From NCBI RefSeq assembly GCF_006345805.1, contig NC_043006.1, forward strand, positions 59,148,001 to 59,212,000: 64,000 nucleotides of DNA, in the 5' to 3' direction. Made by a program: the position numbers and the translations under genes. The notes below the pieces were generated by a model. The model was not told where the DNA came from and did no database searches. It was given only the letters and a program-made list of their open reading frames with translations. Below, one piece after another: positions 49,110 through 62,642 of this stretch (the stretch's first letter is position 1; every line of letters starts with the position of its first letter). Source of the stretch: Octopus sinensis (taxonomy: Eukaryota).

Positions 49110-52100
49110 GGATCAATAACTAAGCCAAGATTTGCTGATATGACCCTTCAATCGGATACATGAAGCAGTTAAAATAATACTGGGACGAAGCTGATCCCAA
49201 CTTAAATACCTTCACGGCGAAACAGGCTCTGAAAACAAGCATCTTTTGTAAGAAACAAATCAACTGGTACTCAATCCTCCCAAAAACACTGAAAATGGGT
49301 TAAAATGTGCCAGAAGCGGTGTAAAAAATAATGTAAACTCTAAATTCGAGTGTGTCTCCAAATTCAGCTGACTCAGTAGCGAAGACTGCGGAATACATTC
49401 AACTCAAAAACATTTTAAAATTACAATGTTGCTACTTTCTCGTTGAGCAACAGACTATTCCCAACACGAGTGAGAAAATATCCGACCGATCTAATGTTTA
49501 AGGTTATCAACGATATTGCAGGAGAGCACATGGAATCACGTGATGTTAATTACTGGAATATTAATACTCTTATATTCATAGCCGCTATTACTCTTAAAGA
49601 ACACCTAGGAGAAATCTACAGTGAACAAAGGAACGAAATTACCAAACGGAAACAAACAAGATGGAAAACAAGACTTGAAGAAAACATCAACAACGTGCGT
49701 CGACTTATCGAATGGTTAACTACAACAATAAAATGTAAGGAGAAATATGAGTTTACACCTCACCAACTCTACCTTCGACAAAAATTAACGAAACTTTATG
49801 GCAACTCTTCACACTGAGCTCTCGAGGGAAAGCTAATCACTTTAAAATATGAACTCAGGACGATGAGTGAGAAACACCGCTACCGCAAGCGAATTTTTGA
49901 GCGGGCCAATATCAATCATAAGCTTGCTTCCAACCCACAAGCATTATACAGAGAGATGAGGAAGGAAAATATTACCATTAAGAAAGCTCCCTCCCAAGAA
50001 GATCTACAATCATTCTGGGCAAAAATTTGAAACGAAAAGAGGGATTTCAACCTGAATGCATCATGGTTAAATATAATTGAGAGAATACTGCACCAACTCT
50101 AACAGTAAAACATGCAAAATTGATACAGAAACCTTCGTTATAGCAGTAGGCAAACTGAAGAATGGGAAGGCACCTAGAAGGAGCCTAATAGTTGGATATT
50201 AGTACAAGAAGCTGACATTTTATAGAAGCCAATTGATATGTATATTCAAAAGGACAGAACTATGGAATGTCAGACTGATATACCACATTGGTTTGCTGCA
50301 GCAAGGGCAAATCTTGTTGCCAAAAATGAAATCACCGAGATGGCAGTAAACCATTGCTTGTCTAAACATTATGTACAAACTGTACACAAGTTGCCTCAAC
50401 CAATTCTTCCAGAAACATTGTGAGTCGAACAACATTGTGACTGATAAACAGGCTCGGGGAAAGAAGGGAGTGTGGGGATGTGCCGAACAACTTTTGATAA
50501 ACAAAGCTGTACTGTCTAAAGTAAAAAAAAAAACAACGCAGAAACCTTGTGACAGTATGGCTAGACTATAAGAAGGCATTTGATTCTATCCCTCATTCAT
50601 GGCTATTGAAGTGCCTACATCTGGCAAAGGTACCTACTACCTTAATTGCTGCTATAGAGAGACTCACAAAGACATGGACAACTATTCTTACACTTACAAC
50701 TGAGAACAGAATAATTGTTTCTAATAGTATAGGCATTACAAAGGGAATATTCCAGGGAGATAGTCTTTCTATATTTCTTTTAATTTTGGCACTGATTCCA
50801 TTATCGTTCCTACTTCAGAAAACAAATGGTTACATACTAGAATCTTCAATTGCCAGAAATATCAACGTAACTGATAATTTCTTTGTAGACAACCTGAAAA
50901 TGTATGCTAAAAGTGTTCACAATGCCAAAAAACAACTGGAATTAATAACAACATTTTCAGCTGATATAGGCATGGAATTTGGCCAAAAGCAATGTATATA
51001 TTTGCCTATAGAACGAGGTAAGTCAGTCCCCCAAACCCAGAACCTGTGCATCAACGGTCTCTCTACCTCCCCCATTCCACTCAAAGAAGTACCTCGACAC
51101 AGACGAAAATGTATCATATGAAGGCACTGTGAAGGAAAATAGAGTTACCCGAGTATATTACATCAGACTTAGGAAAATATGGGAGTCGGAACTCTCTTCG
51201 TACAACAAAACAATATCCCACAATGCATTTGCAGTACCAGTGCTGATCCCAACATTTGGGATGTAGAGGAAATCCACTCCATAGATATCAAAACCCGCAA
51301 AATCCTGACAACAACTGGGAACTTCCACAGAAACAGTGCTGTGGACAAGCTCTACCTAAGAAGAAATGAAGGTGGTAGCGGCCTGAGACCAGTGCAGACA
51401 ACTTTCAAATGCCGTATGGTGTCACTCGGGCAGCATCTGATGAACAACAGCAGTAAAAATAAATATATTAATGCAGTCCTGAAAAGCGAAGTGAGTAACA
51501 TTATACGAGTTGGCAGTGCACTCCTCAAGAAATACTCTCTTCCTGATGATTTCCTGTACAGCCCCAAAATAGCTGGGCTCTCTTATCTCAGAGAAGACCT
51601 GGATGGAAAGTACTCAGTATACAAAAAAAAAAGACCATGCAAGGATATGTTGCCGGGAAGCTTGAAGAAGACAATAGAATTGATACGAAGCGCAGCCTCT
51701 CTTGGACATAAGACCACTACTTCTCATCACACTTCGAAGGCTAGGTGTTTGCAATCCAAGAACAGATTGCCACAAGGTATCTGTTGAACAAGAGAGACAG
51801 TGGCACTCTTGTAATCCCAAGGTGCAACTGCACGTGTAGGCTATGTTATGTTTCTCTGGAAGACATTGCACATGTGATTAGCAGTTGTCCTAAAATGTCG
51901 TCACAGTTCTACCTCTCTATGAGACACGATGTTGTTGCTAAAACAATTTAGAATGCCATCCGCAAAAAAGGCTGCCTGAAATATTCACATCAAAAGATTT
52001 GTCAAATGTAAGTATAATAGATCGGATATTGTCAATTTGGACAGAGGGGCAAAGGTATGTACCATTATAGAGGTTAGCTGCCCTGCAGATATAAATATCT

Positions 52101-52460
52101 CTTTGAAAATCAAAGAAAAAGAGAACATTTATGGACAACTGCTTCGAAACTTTCAGGCTTCTATATCCAAACAATGAATGCATATTAATACCAATAATAA
52201 TTGGAGCACTAGGTTTTGTTAGTAAATGCTTAAAGGAGAATCTGGATAATCTGGGATTTTCATAAAGAGAAATTGACCAGCTGATTCGTACATTACAAGT
52301 CCAATCTGTGGGTGGAACTGTACAAATATGCAAGACTTTTCTCAAGTTCTAAATGTGAATTTGTTTGTGATAAGTACATCCCTAAGATGGAGCCTTGTAT
52401 CTTTGTTGGAAATCGGATCCCTCCTCAGTGGAAGATTTATAATAATTAAAAAATAGAAGA
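49110..52460 (+). mobile_element. Nearly full-length decayed R4/Dong-type LINE (RT + CCHC + restriction-like endonuclease)
   Basis: WLDYKKAFDSIPH, GIFQGDSLS, FVDNLKMY, CRLC...HVISSCP and RSDIV...IEVSCP...KEKENIY; many stops and frameshifts; 5' boundary approximate. Confidence 0.85.
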
Positions 52461-54529
52461 GACATGCATGCATTGCATATATAGACTACGTTTGAACACA
52501 AATATTACTGCAAACAATAATTATATTAACTACGAATTCTACAGAGAATTAGTGGTAGGCAGTAATGACAATATCGTTTGTGAGATTCTGTGCACCAACA
52601 AAAATCAACTGGCCTGTCTATTCCGGATTTATTTTCGCTCGCCAACAACGGACAACTTTGAGAAACCACTGGCCTGGTAGTGATAACAGGGCATGTAGGT
52701 TCATTTCCAGTTCGAGCTAAATTCTAGAGGTATCGAAATGCTGTGAATCGGGTTGGTTCCGAGAAGAGTGCAGAGTGACGAAACCGTTGTACACCATTTG
52801 TTCGATGCCCGGACATAGCAAACTTTTGTGATAAACAGTTGTCTCGCGTCTAGATTGCATCCAGCTATCAAACGAATGCATCTTGAAAACCTCTTTGGTT
52901 ATGGTGAATGAGGTTGTGTGGTGGACAATTTTAACGATTGAGAGGACAGACCACATTCTCTTCTTCAGTAAAGTTCTTAAGAACGTTTTCCATTACCACT
53001 TCTAGAGGAAGAGTTGGGATGAAATGTATCTTCTGATTTTCACTAAAATTTCTGAGAACTCGGCACAAGTGAGATGAATGGTCCAATTAGATCGATCTAC
53101 TCTTAGCATGTGCTTTTGGACAACAGAAGTGAAAATGCACTTGCCTTTGTCAGTAAAGATAATCTGAAATCTATAGTATTCTCTGATTGATCTTCCTTTG
53201 GGAGTTTCTTTCTATTTCCCTATATGTTGATTGCCTTATACTGTTTGTGTATTCTTACTCGATTTTATGAAAATCTCCAGGTCTTTGTAATTTGAATTAG
53301 TAATGTCTCTTTGTCCATGACTGGAGGGGAATAGCGATAAAGGATTATAATTATAATTAATATTCTATAATTAATGTTATTATTACTATGGATTTATTTC
53401 TGTTGGTTATCCTCATTGAAAATTAGTCATAAGGAGCAATCTAAAGTTTATTTAACAACTGTTTACCTCAGAGTTATGCTTGTTCTATCTAAAAGAAAAA
53501 GAGAAAAGAAAACTGAAGCATTCCAAACTCATTTCCTGTTTTGAACGTAGTCTTTTTTATAATTCTTGAAACTTTTGTTGAATATCTTTCTTCAATTATT
53601 AGTGAAATTATTTCAAATGTTTTCTAGATTATATATTCTTAATTTTCCTTCTCAATTTAGTCATTTTGTAATATTTATTTTGCTATCTCGCATTGCTGTG
53701 TCTCGCTATGACTATATAATCTTGTGCAGACTATCCTTACATCTTTAATCATGCATTTCGCCTTGATTATTATAACAACGTCAGAACGTCTGGCTTCAAC
53801 TTGCAGATAGTTCTTATTTAATCTTCGCTTTATCGTATTATATATTTGTTTTTCAATTAAATCTATCATTTCGGATGGTAGTTATGATGGCAATCACAAA
53901 TTTCTGTAATCATGCATGTCTACAATCATGAACAGGCTCTCGGTTATGATTAATATATTATATTTAGATTTCGGTCAATTATTTATCCAGTTGCATCAGT
54001 CCTTTTTACCAGTCTATTTGATTCCACGGTCCTATTGTAAAAGATAAAAACTGAGTAGTATTCAATGAATGGGCATATCTCGATTTCTTTGAGGATTTCC
54101 ATCAAAATAAAGTTCTATTTTTCATTCCATTTTCCAATATCTCTTCGAATCACATTCTAATTAACTCTATTTTGCCACAAGGCTCTGTTATGTCTCCCAT
54201 GATATTCTTCCCCTACATTCTTATTCTATTACGGATTGTCACTTTCATATATTACTATGCAGATGATATCTTTTCATTCCACGACACCTTTTCACGTATA
54301 AGAGTCATCTATATGTTACCTAGGCACCACACGCCATAGGAGCAGTGCTTCTAAGAAAATAAATCTTGACTTAGTCTGTGCAACTACGAATCATACAAAT
54401 TACACACATTCCTCTGACAAACATCATACAACTGAAACTCTGAAACTTATAACAAATACTATCTTCTAAAATCTCTTGTCTCCCACATATCTACAACATT
54501 GCCACAGCATATTTTTCACATCGTCAAAT

Positions 54530-54655
54530 GACACATATTATCTACAACATAAGCATAAGTCATATATCATCTAAAATAAGATATCATGAGTTATATGTTA
54601 TCTATACCATAGACATAAGTCATATGTTATCTATAACATAGCTATAAGCCATATA
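54530..54655. repeat. Degenerate ~30-bp minisatellite (catatgttatctataacatagacataagt)
   Basis: About four diverged tandem units. Confidence 0.55.
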
Positions 54656-55020
54656 AATGACTTTCTTTTTCGAGCCACAAATTACTTCAGTCTAGATCAG
54701 CTGGTTTGACTCCATACAGAATAATAATCCGATTCACAGTATAGAAGTGGTTCTTAATCTTTTTAACTTGGCATCACACTGAAGAACAAAAGAAAAAAAA
54801 ACTTAGAAGTAATATTCGCATGAATATTTAAATGTTCACATTGTCTTAAATTGAAAACTATTGGGAAAAACACTATTAAAGTTAAACTATTGAAATACCA
54901 GTAAGTATAACATCTGTAATGTGTATACAAACCTGTAACAGTTTAGTTGCACTATTTTTGTATCAAAGAAACTTCTCTATGAGATATTTAAACATGCACA
55001 GTTCCACTCAGTACGTTAGT

Positions 55021-55070
55021 GATTCACCATGCCCCGTATTTCGACCTGATTTCGTCTCCTCAGTGACAAA
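55021..55070 (-). ncRNA. Decayed hammerhead-like motif
   Basis: UUUGUCA-CUGAGGA-GAC(GAAAUCAG)GUC-GAAA intact; helix III, cleavage site and 3' strand of helix I broken. Confidence 0.3.
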
Positions 55071-55374
55071 TACAACAGGACTTTCTCAGCCAATCCAAAA
55101 AATGCTTATTTCACAACAGAAATCGGTAAACTGTGTCTGACGATCCACCGGTGTTTAGCGTGAAGTTCTCTCCCTTTAACACAAAAATCTCTTTGAGAAG
55201 TCTCTGGAGCAAGATATGATAGTTAGCGCTGTATCATGTCTGTACTCATATTATATACACATCAGTATTTTCATTAATGTTTGTATGCACATTATATACA
55301 TACAAGTAATTTCATCTTAAAGCTGTTTCAAGTGTATATATTTAATATAGAAAACTATTGCTTACTTTGTTATA

Positions 55375-56054
55375 TCTATAATAATTAATGTCAAGTTTGT
55401 GTGTTTGTGAAATTGTTACTTTAACTCCTCCGAAATATCCCACATACCTTCATGAAACTTGACACATGTGTGAGGCTCATGCCCACGCAGTCACTTATAC
55501 ACTTGGAAATTTTAAAAAATAGATTTTTAATCAGCATTGATTTTTAAAAATCGTAAAATTTCGGATTTTTTCGCACTAGCCATCGTGACATCAATTTGAC
55601 GAGAAATGCGAAATTTGATGTAAAATGTTTCATTGGTATCAACAGACATCTTATTAACGGTAATTTATTTAGCATTTGCTAATTCTGCATTTCAATGTGA
55701 ATTGTTTTGATTTGCTAAAACTCGTTATTTCATTTCGTTGCTTTAATTCCCCAGCGTTTCAGGTTTTGATTAGGTTAGAGCATTTCATTTCCCAAGCAAA
55801 ATTTAGGCATTTTGCACACTAGCAGCCATGACATGAATTTGACTAAATCTGCCACAAAGCGTAAAATTTCGCCATTTTACGTACATGCACAAAAATGACG
55901 ACGAGACGGGTCTGCTCCTTTTTTCGTTAAATTAGTCCTACCCATTAATATAGATTTTAAATATTTGAAAACTTTCAAAATTTGACGAAAAATGTTTCAT
56001 GGCAATAAACAGATATCTTCTTAACGGTAATTCATTACCGGCTACTTCAGCTAG
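55375..56054 (+). mobile_element. Non-autonomous Helitron
   Basis: A|TCTATAATAATT ... hairpin cggtaa-ttca-ttaccg (56025-56040) ... CTAG|T. Confidence 0.7.
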
Positions 56055-57393
56055 TTAACCATATTTACTTATAACAAAATTATGAATAATGCGCTTTTAG
56101 AGATGCTCAAACATTACTATGGCTTTTATAAATATCTAAATTATATATTAAAAAAATACTGTGCTTCTAGATATCACCTGCAGCACACTAGTGCACTATG
56201 ATGCACAATTTGTGGACTATTACATTAGTCTAATGCTGTTTAAGAAACACTTACATCTTTAGGGTAATGCTACTGTCATGCACAAACACACCAACACCTT
56301 TTATCTTCATCCAAAATAACGTCTTCGTCTGTTTGGTCAATCATCACACTTCAGCACACATCTCTATCTTGTAGATCGGCTCGTTGCATCAACCCTCTTC
56401 TTTTCCTGGTGTTGCAATAGTTCCTACACCTTTGAACGAAAAAACTGTGGCCAGCTCTAAAGCCACTCGGCTCACCCTCTTTACTTTTCCTTTTCTTGCT
56501 CTTAATGTGTGTCGCTGCCAAACCTCAATCAGTTACCCATAGAAGTCTAAATGTCTGGAACTTTCACCTATCGATGTCCCCTCTAAAAGAGGAAACATAG
56601 ATAAGAGTTCTAAAAAAGTTGAAACTGATGATCAATCTTGTCAAATTCATGTGTAAGAAAGACTGTACAGCTCATAGGTGCCGTCTTCTGAGCGAGGTTA
56701 AAAGAAAACTGATAACTGAATCTGTCACCAAAATAACAAATGTATTTTTGTACCAAAGTATTTATAGTGTCTCCTCTGCCTAATTTCTTGACTAGAATTT
56801 TGCACTGTGATAATGATTATTTCCTTCCTCAGTAGTTTTGATTTATTAAAATTTCTAGCTCATCACATTATATTAGTACTGATTTTACCATTCGTTTGGG
56901 ATGCAGCAAGTGTCTTTCGGTACTATTCCGCAGTCAATTCTATTATTTCTAGTTTTATTTGTGCCAGAGACATCTTTGCTGACTTATTACATAACTTCTT
57001 TCCAGTTAAAATTTCTATTGAAAAGTTGCCCAAACAACCTACTTGCTTATGCATATCAGAAAAATTCTGTAAAATTACTTGGTCTGCACCGGACATTGAA
57101 ATACTATATGGTTTCTTGTCTCTCAATGTTCTCTGCACATGTAACACCTCACATCACCGCATTGTTTTCTTTTTTTAGATTTTAGTTCTAACTCCCTAGA
57201 CAAGATTGACTTTCATACAAGTGAAATTATTACTAAAATCTTTATTAGTAATAACCAGATGCTTCTTCTCTTCTGCTTATTAATGTATTTTAGTCTTTAT
57301 TGCACGTGCATGAATGTTGTGATATTTTCCATAGGAAGTCATTGTCAGTATTGTTGTTGCTGTTGGTTAGCTCAAATTCAACCCCAATCTGAC

Positions 57394-57430
<37 letters not shown>

Positions 57431-57453
57431 GTCTCTGTCTGTTTCTCTTTCTT

Positions 57454-57534
<81 letters not shown>

Positions 57535-57720
57535 ATCCAAACATGAAAAACACAAGAGAAAACAAGTGGAGCAAGTATAGTATTATTGGACGTTCAGGAA
57601 AGAAGGAAAGTAGGAGGGTTTAACGTTTCGAGCGGAGCTCTTAGTCAGAAACATAGGAAAAGGAAAGATCCAAAGAAGGGAAGGTGGCGGAGAAAAAATC
57701 GCCAACGGTTCACACGCGGT
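57535..57720 (-). mobile_element. (TA)n-embedded repeat related to the 13031/23172 family
   Basis: Same GAGC/GCTC-GAAACGT motif and purine-rich flanks; starts at a TA array. Confidence 0.6.
57618..57652 (-). ncRNA. Minimal type-I hammerhead-like motif, G8U in this copy
   Basis: GUUU-CUGACUA-A-GAGC(UCC)GCUC-GAAA-CG-U-U-AAAC. Confidence 0.5.
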
Positions 57721-57737
57721 ATACATACGCATAAGCA

Positions 57738-58078
57738 CAAAGTGGATGTGTGGTAAGAAGCGTTCTTCTCAACCACGTGGTCTGGGGATTCAGTTCCATT
57801 GCAGGATACGTTAGGCAAATGTCTTCTGTTATAATCTCGGGCCGACCAAAGCCTTGTGAGTGGATTTGATAGACGGAAACAGAAAGAATCCTGTTGTGTA
57901 TGTGTGTGTGTGTGTGTGTTTTCATTTTATATCTGCCTTTCACCATCGCTTGACAATCGATATTCGTTTGTTTTTTATCCCTGTAACTTAGTGGTTCAGC
58001 AAAAAATAATAGATTTGTCAATTTGTTCGATATCCTAGTATGGTCGCAGTCCAATGACTGAAACAAGTAAAAGAAGAA
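57738..58078 (+). mobile_element. SINE type A, diverged
   Basis: tcgggccgaccaaagccttgtgagtggatttg...caatgactgaaacaagtaaaaga. Confidence 0.75.
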
Positions 58079-58120
58079 ATACACATATCTATCTATTTAA
58101 TCTATCTATCTATCTGTCTG

Positions 58121-58197
<77 letters not shown>

Positions 58198-58390
58198 TTA
58201 TCCATCCATCCATCCAGCCATCCAGCCAGCCATCCATCCATCCATCCATCCATCTATCTATCTATCTATCTGTCTGAGAGGTTGGACAGAGAGTAAAGTA
58301 TTTGTCTCTTACGATAGACTCGGCTGACAACCGGACTCGTCCGACACGTGACAGCAGCCGTTCGACATAGGCTCACAAATCTGAAATATT

Positions 58391-58437
<47 letters not shown>

Positions 58438-59357
58438 ACAGATAGATAAACAGATAGACAGACAGATGATTGTTATAATAATTAAACGTGTAGGGTAAAA
58501 TTATGAATATATGTTATTGAGTAATTTCGCACACTTTGGGAGTGCTGTATATTTTTTTAAGAGGCAGAGGTATGTCCCATTCTTCTTTGTTCTTCCTTCA
58601 ACAGCAGAATACACACAACCTGTTCAAATGTTACGGTTGTGTGTTGGAGCATTCTGGCACTTTTGCCTCCATTCGACGTCTCTGTTTCTAAGTCTGTATT
58701 TGTTTGCTGAATTTTTAAAATGTAAATGTTTATGTTACCGTGTTTCATTACCTTATATCTATTATTTTTATATTGGTAACATTTTGTGAACCATCCCTAC
58801 ACTGAATTTTGTGTTTATAAAATAAAAATTTTAAATAACGTCATATTTCTCCTCTGAACAAAGGTAAAGCGCAAATTAAACTATTCACCTCTCTATTTAA
58901 CGAGTACACAATATATGAAACAGGGGAAAAAAAAGAGAAAAACAAAACAGCAGTCGAAAAAGACATGAAAAATATCCAACACTGAATATAATCCGATAAA
59001 TTTTCCCAAAGCTCACGTAACTCGTAAAAGACACGTTTATCGCAGGCAATTAAAAAGTTTAATAATAATAGTCCTTTTTATTATTGCTGTAACAATCCAT
59101 TCACACATACATGGAACGTTCTACGAACATGTTACAAAAGCGTACTGCGATTTATAGAGTTATATAAAACGAAGATAAAGGTAACAACATTATACAATAT
59201 ATTATGATGTGTTAATTACGTTATAAAAGCGTACAATTAAATTAAGATCGCTTTCCGTTGAATCCGCCTTAGATTTAAAAATCGTCTCTCGATTAGCTGA
59301 GGATTATAACTAATAAAGGACTGGTTGCTTACCGATGCATCTTTTCCCCCCTTAAAC

Positions 59358-59671
59358 TAGTGGTTCTCAAATGATGTCCATTTGATCCCCGGTGTCCACG
59401 CTAGGGAGTCCACGCTAACAAAAAAATAAATTGAAGACCCACAGTAGCATATTAAGGATTCATGAAAAAATTCCGCTTTAGATGTATTTATTGCAAGAAG
59501 CATATTAACTTCGTTCTCTAACTGTCTGCATAATTCAAACTACACACGTGAATGTGTGAGAAACAGCATAGGAATTTTGAAATAAGTATCTCTAAAACTA
59601 GGTGGTGATGGGGCTCCACCAGAGTGAAAAAGAAACCGATTTAAAATATAAAAAATGACTGAGAACCACTG
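59358..59671. mobile_element. hAT/Charlie-like MITE
   Basis: TIRs tagtggttctca / tgagaaccactg; 8-bp flanks ccttaaac / cctcaatt only partly match. Confidence 0.5.
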
Positions 59672-60369
59672 CCTCAATTTATTGTGGTGAAAACGTCCTT
59701 CATATTGACCCTTTGAGCCATCTCTCTACACAGATTGATCATGATAGAGACAACCATCCACGGGTATGAGACCCTGCAATTTAGAATGGCTTCTTTCAGC
59801 GCATCTCTCTCGCTAGTCTTTGGAGTTACGCATTTGCATTTTAACAGCTGGAATCACTAAACATTTGTATGACTTGTTGTTATAGGCAGGATTGAATATC
59901 ATTTCAACTGCAGCTGCTTAAAAAGATCGATTAATAATATTTTTTATACAAAATTGTTTGTTCATGAGTAAAATTGATAGGCTGCAGTGAATACATGGAA
60001 TGAATATACAGTCCGACTAATAGATACGCAGATTAGTGTTTAAAGTGTCGGCCTCGTGACCCTGAAGACATGGGTTCAATTCTTGGACGGTGTTAGTAAA
60101 GTTTGCTTTTTAAAATTTTATCTTGTTCCTGTCAACCCAGTTGAGTAGTAGCTGCGCGCCAGTGTAGTTTTCTCTCCCATTCAACTGCAAGATCTTAGAT
60201 ATTCTGTGAGTTGGGAGGTCCAACGTTTATTCTTTGTCTACTCACTAATACATAGACACCTAAAGCAATTAGCATGAGGATGGTGCATGCAGCTAAGTTA
60301 AACTCTCTCGCGAGTGACGACTATGTTGTGATAGTCATACATACGTATGAATGTATGTTCTTTTCTGCT

Positions 60370-60500
60370 TTTAATTATTTTAATTCTTCCTTTGAAGGAG
60401 CTAGTTTCTAACAAAAATACAAAGCTCTATCGTTGGAATGTAGATAACGAAAACAATGTCACATTTTACATGTGTGTATGAATGTATAAGTATTCTTTGA
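60370..60500 (-). mobile_element. 3' UTR remnant of an R4/Dong-type LINE
   Basis: Minus-strand gagctttgtatttttgttagaaactag resembles the 3' UTRs at 52390 and 24454. Confidence 0.4.
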
Positions 60501-61099
60501 GATTAATTTCAGTCCTTGAGAGAGCTCAAGTCGGTTGCTAATAAAGGTAGAAGACTTTTGGGGGTTACGTGAGTTTCCGATGTTTGTGAATATGTCGTTG
60601 AGTTAGTCTACTGTTTGAGCTGTCAATGCATACACTCAAGTGTGTGAATATATCCACGTAAGAGTCTCAGAACGGAGATGTTTGGAATGTCTTACAAATC
60701 TTCACCGTGGCACTAATATTCACAGAAACAATTGAACAGGTTTCTGGCTGCCCAGTCCTCGCTGTACCGAACACAAACAAAAGCAAAGCGATTTCCCACA
60801 AACGAATTAAAAAAAAAAGGAGCAAATTAGTCACTCAGCTTAAAACATAAACAAACACTTATACCGGGAAACATAGCTACCAAAAAACTAGAGGCGATTT
60901 TCGATCTATCAACCTACGATATGTTAAATATATCCATTCGAAGAACAAGAAAGCGGTATTAGGTCAAGCAGTCAACTCTAAACAAACAGACCCGTCTCCT
61001 ATTGTCACTGTCAACGCCTTAATGACAAACCAAAACTCACGCCGAATCGGTCATCACCCGGGGTAACAAGGGCCGCGTTACTCAGTAAAGAACCAGATT

Positions 61100-62588
61100 A
61101 GGGTCGAAAAGTCTGCTGCTGGGACAAACTCTCTAAAACACGATCAAGTAGGTAACCTGATCCAGGGTAACCCTAATCCTAGGCCTGTAATGACACCACT
61201 AAAAACATCACCTAAAGCAAAACGCAGAAAAGGGACTACAGAGGATTACAGAGATATGTTGAAAGCTTTCTATACAGTCCAAAATATACCCAAACAATAA
61301 CCTCATAGTACAAACTTACATTTCATGCAGAAACTTGGTGGGCAATAAAGTATGCAGATATATAGATGCAAATAAAATAAGCAAAAATCAAGCAAAAATA
61401 TAAAATCAAAAATTTTATAAACTTTCCTGCAACCAAGGAACAATTGAAACAACGAATACAACTCAAAGCCCAACGGCACAGAAGGTATGACAAAAGAATC
61501 AAATTTTATCGACAAAACATGATATTCAATACGGATGCAAAGAAATTTTTTAGGAAAATTCGCAAAAGTAAGATAGAAGTAAAGGAGCCACCTAAGATTG
61601 ATGAAATGGAAGAAGATATGGAGCAACAAAGAAGAATATAATGCTAAAGCTGATTAGATAGAGTGTGAAAAAGTGAGATTGGATGAAGTTGAAGAGCAGA
61701 AATGGAAAGCATTAGGAATAGAAGAGCTAAGATGTTTTCTGAGGAAGTCTCACAAATGGATATCTTTACTACTGGACCGAATTCCTAACTTCTAGCTAAA
61801 TTGTCTGACAGAAGTACACCAAAATTTAGCTGTCGCTCTGATTGATGTCATCCAGAACCCAGAGCAAATACCTGCCTGGCTGACTGAAGGAACAACATAC
61901 CTACTATCAAAAACTGAAGACGCAAAAATTCCAAAGAACTACTGACCAATAACACGCCTCAACACCACCTACAAGATCCTTAGACCCATATTAACTGACG
62001 GAATATACTCTTTCCTCGAACAAATATCTATTCTTCCACAAGCTTAAAAAGGCTGTAAAAGAAATTCTTATGGGGAAAAAGATCAATTACGCATAAATAA
62101 AATGATTATAGATAATTGCCGGAGCAAAAAGAAAGAAAACCCGAGTATGGCATGGATAGACTATAGGAAAGCGTTTGATAGTTACCACATATTTGGATAC
62201 TCAAGGCTCTTGAAACATATAAGATCTCTCCTGTCATCTCCAAATTCTTTCAAGATAGCATGGTCAAGAGGAACACTGGGATGAACCAAACTGACAACAT
62301 GAACATCAAACGAGGTATCTTTGAAGGTGACTCCCTCTCCCCATTAATCTTTTGAATGGCTGTGAAATCCAAAAGATAGTGCTGACAAGTACTGCGCACA
62401 TCCTTAGAAAACCCCTATCTATTTAAATGTCTGCGTTGTATTACATGAAGGTATTTCACTATATGCCTTCCCCAAGCTTTTAATCATATTGTAACGTCTC
62501 TTATCTTTCACTCGCCCCAGGACGCTGGGTGTGTCTCAGCAAGTGACTAACAAAGATGCAGATTAATAGTAAAAATAACAACAACAAC

Positions 62589-62640
<52 letters not shown>
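61100..62640 (+). mobile_element. Internally deleted R4/Dong-type LINE with (AAC/AAT)n tail
   Basis: WIDYRKAFDS and GIFEGDSLSPLIF joined directly to the terminal IQKIVLTSTAHILRK; (AAT)n tail at 62590-62640. Confidence 0.78.

Positions 62641-62642
<2 letters not shown>

Noticed and set aside
52750-52800. GAC-GAAA-CCGTTGT-A hammerhead-like 3' half in a possible decayed Penelope-like region
   Set aside because: Core and helix I not recoverable; protein similarity of the region too weak to call
56618-56690. CTGATGA … GAAA … palindromic CTGTACAG … TC
   Set aside because: Helix I and helix II cannot pair; probably chance
61040-61170. GC-richer 5' region of the R4-type LINE as an HDV-like ribozyme
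   Set aside because: Could not build the nested double pseudoknot by hand
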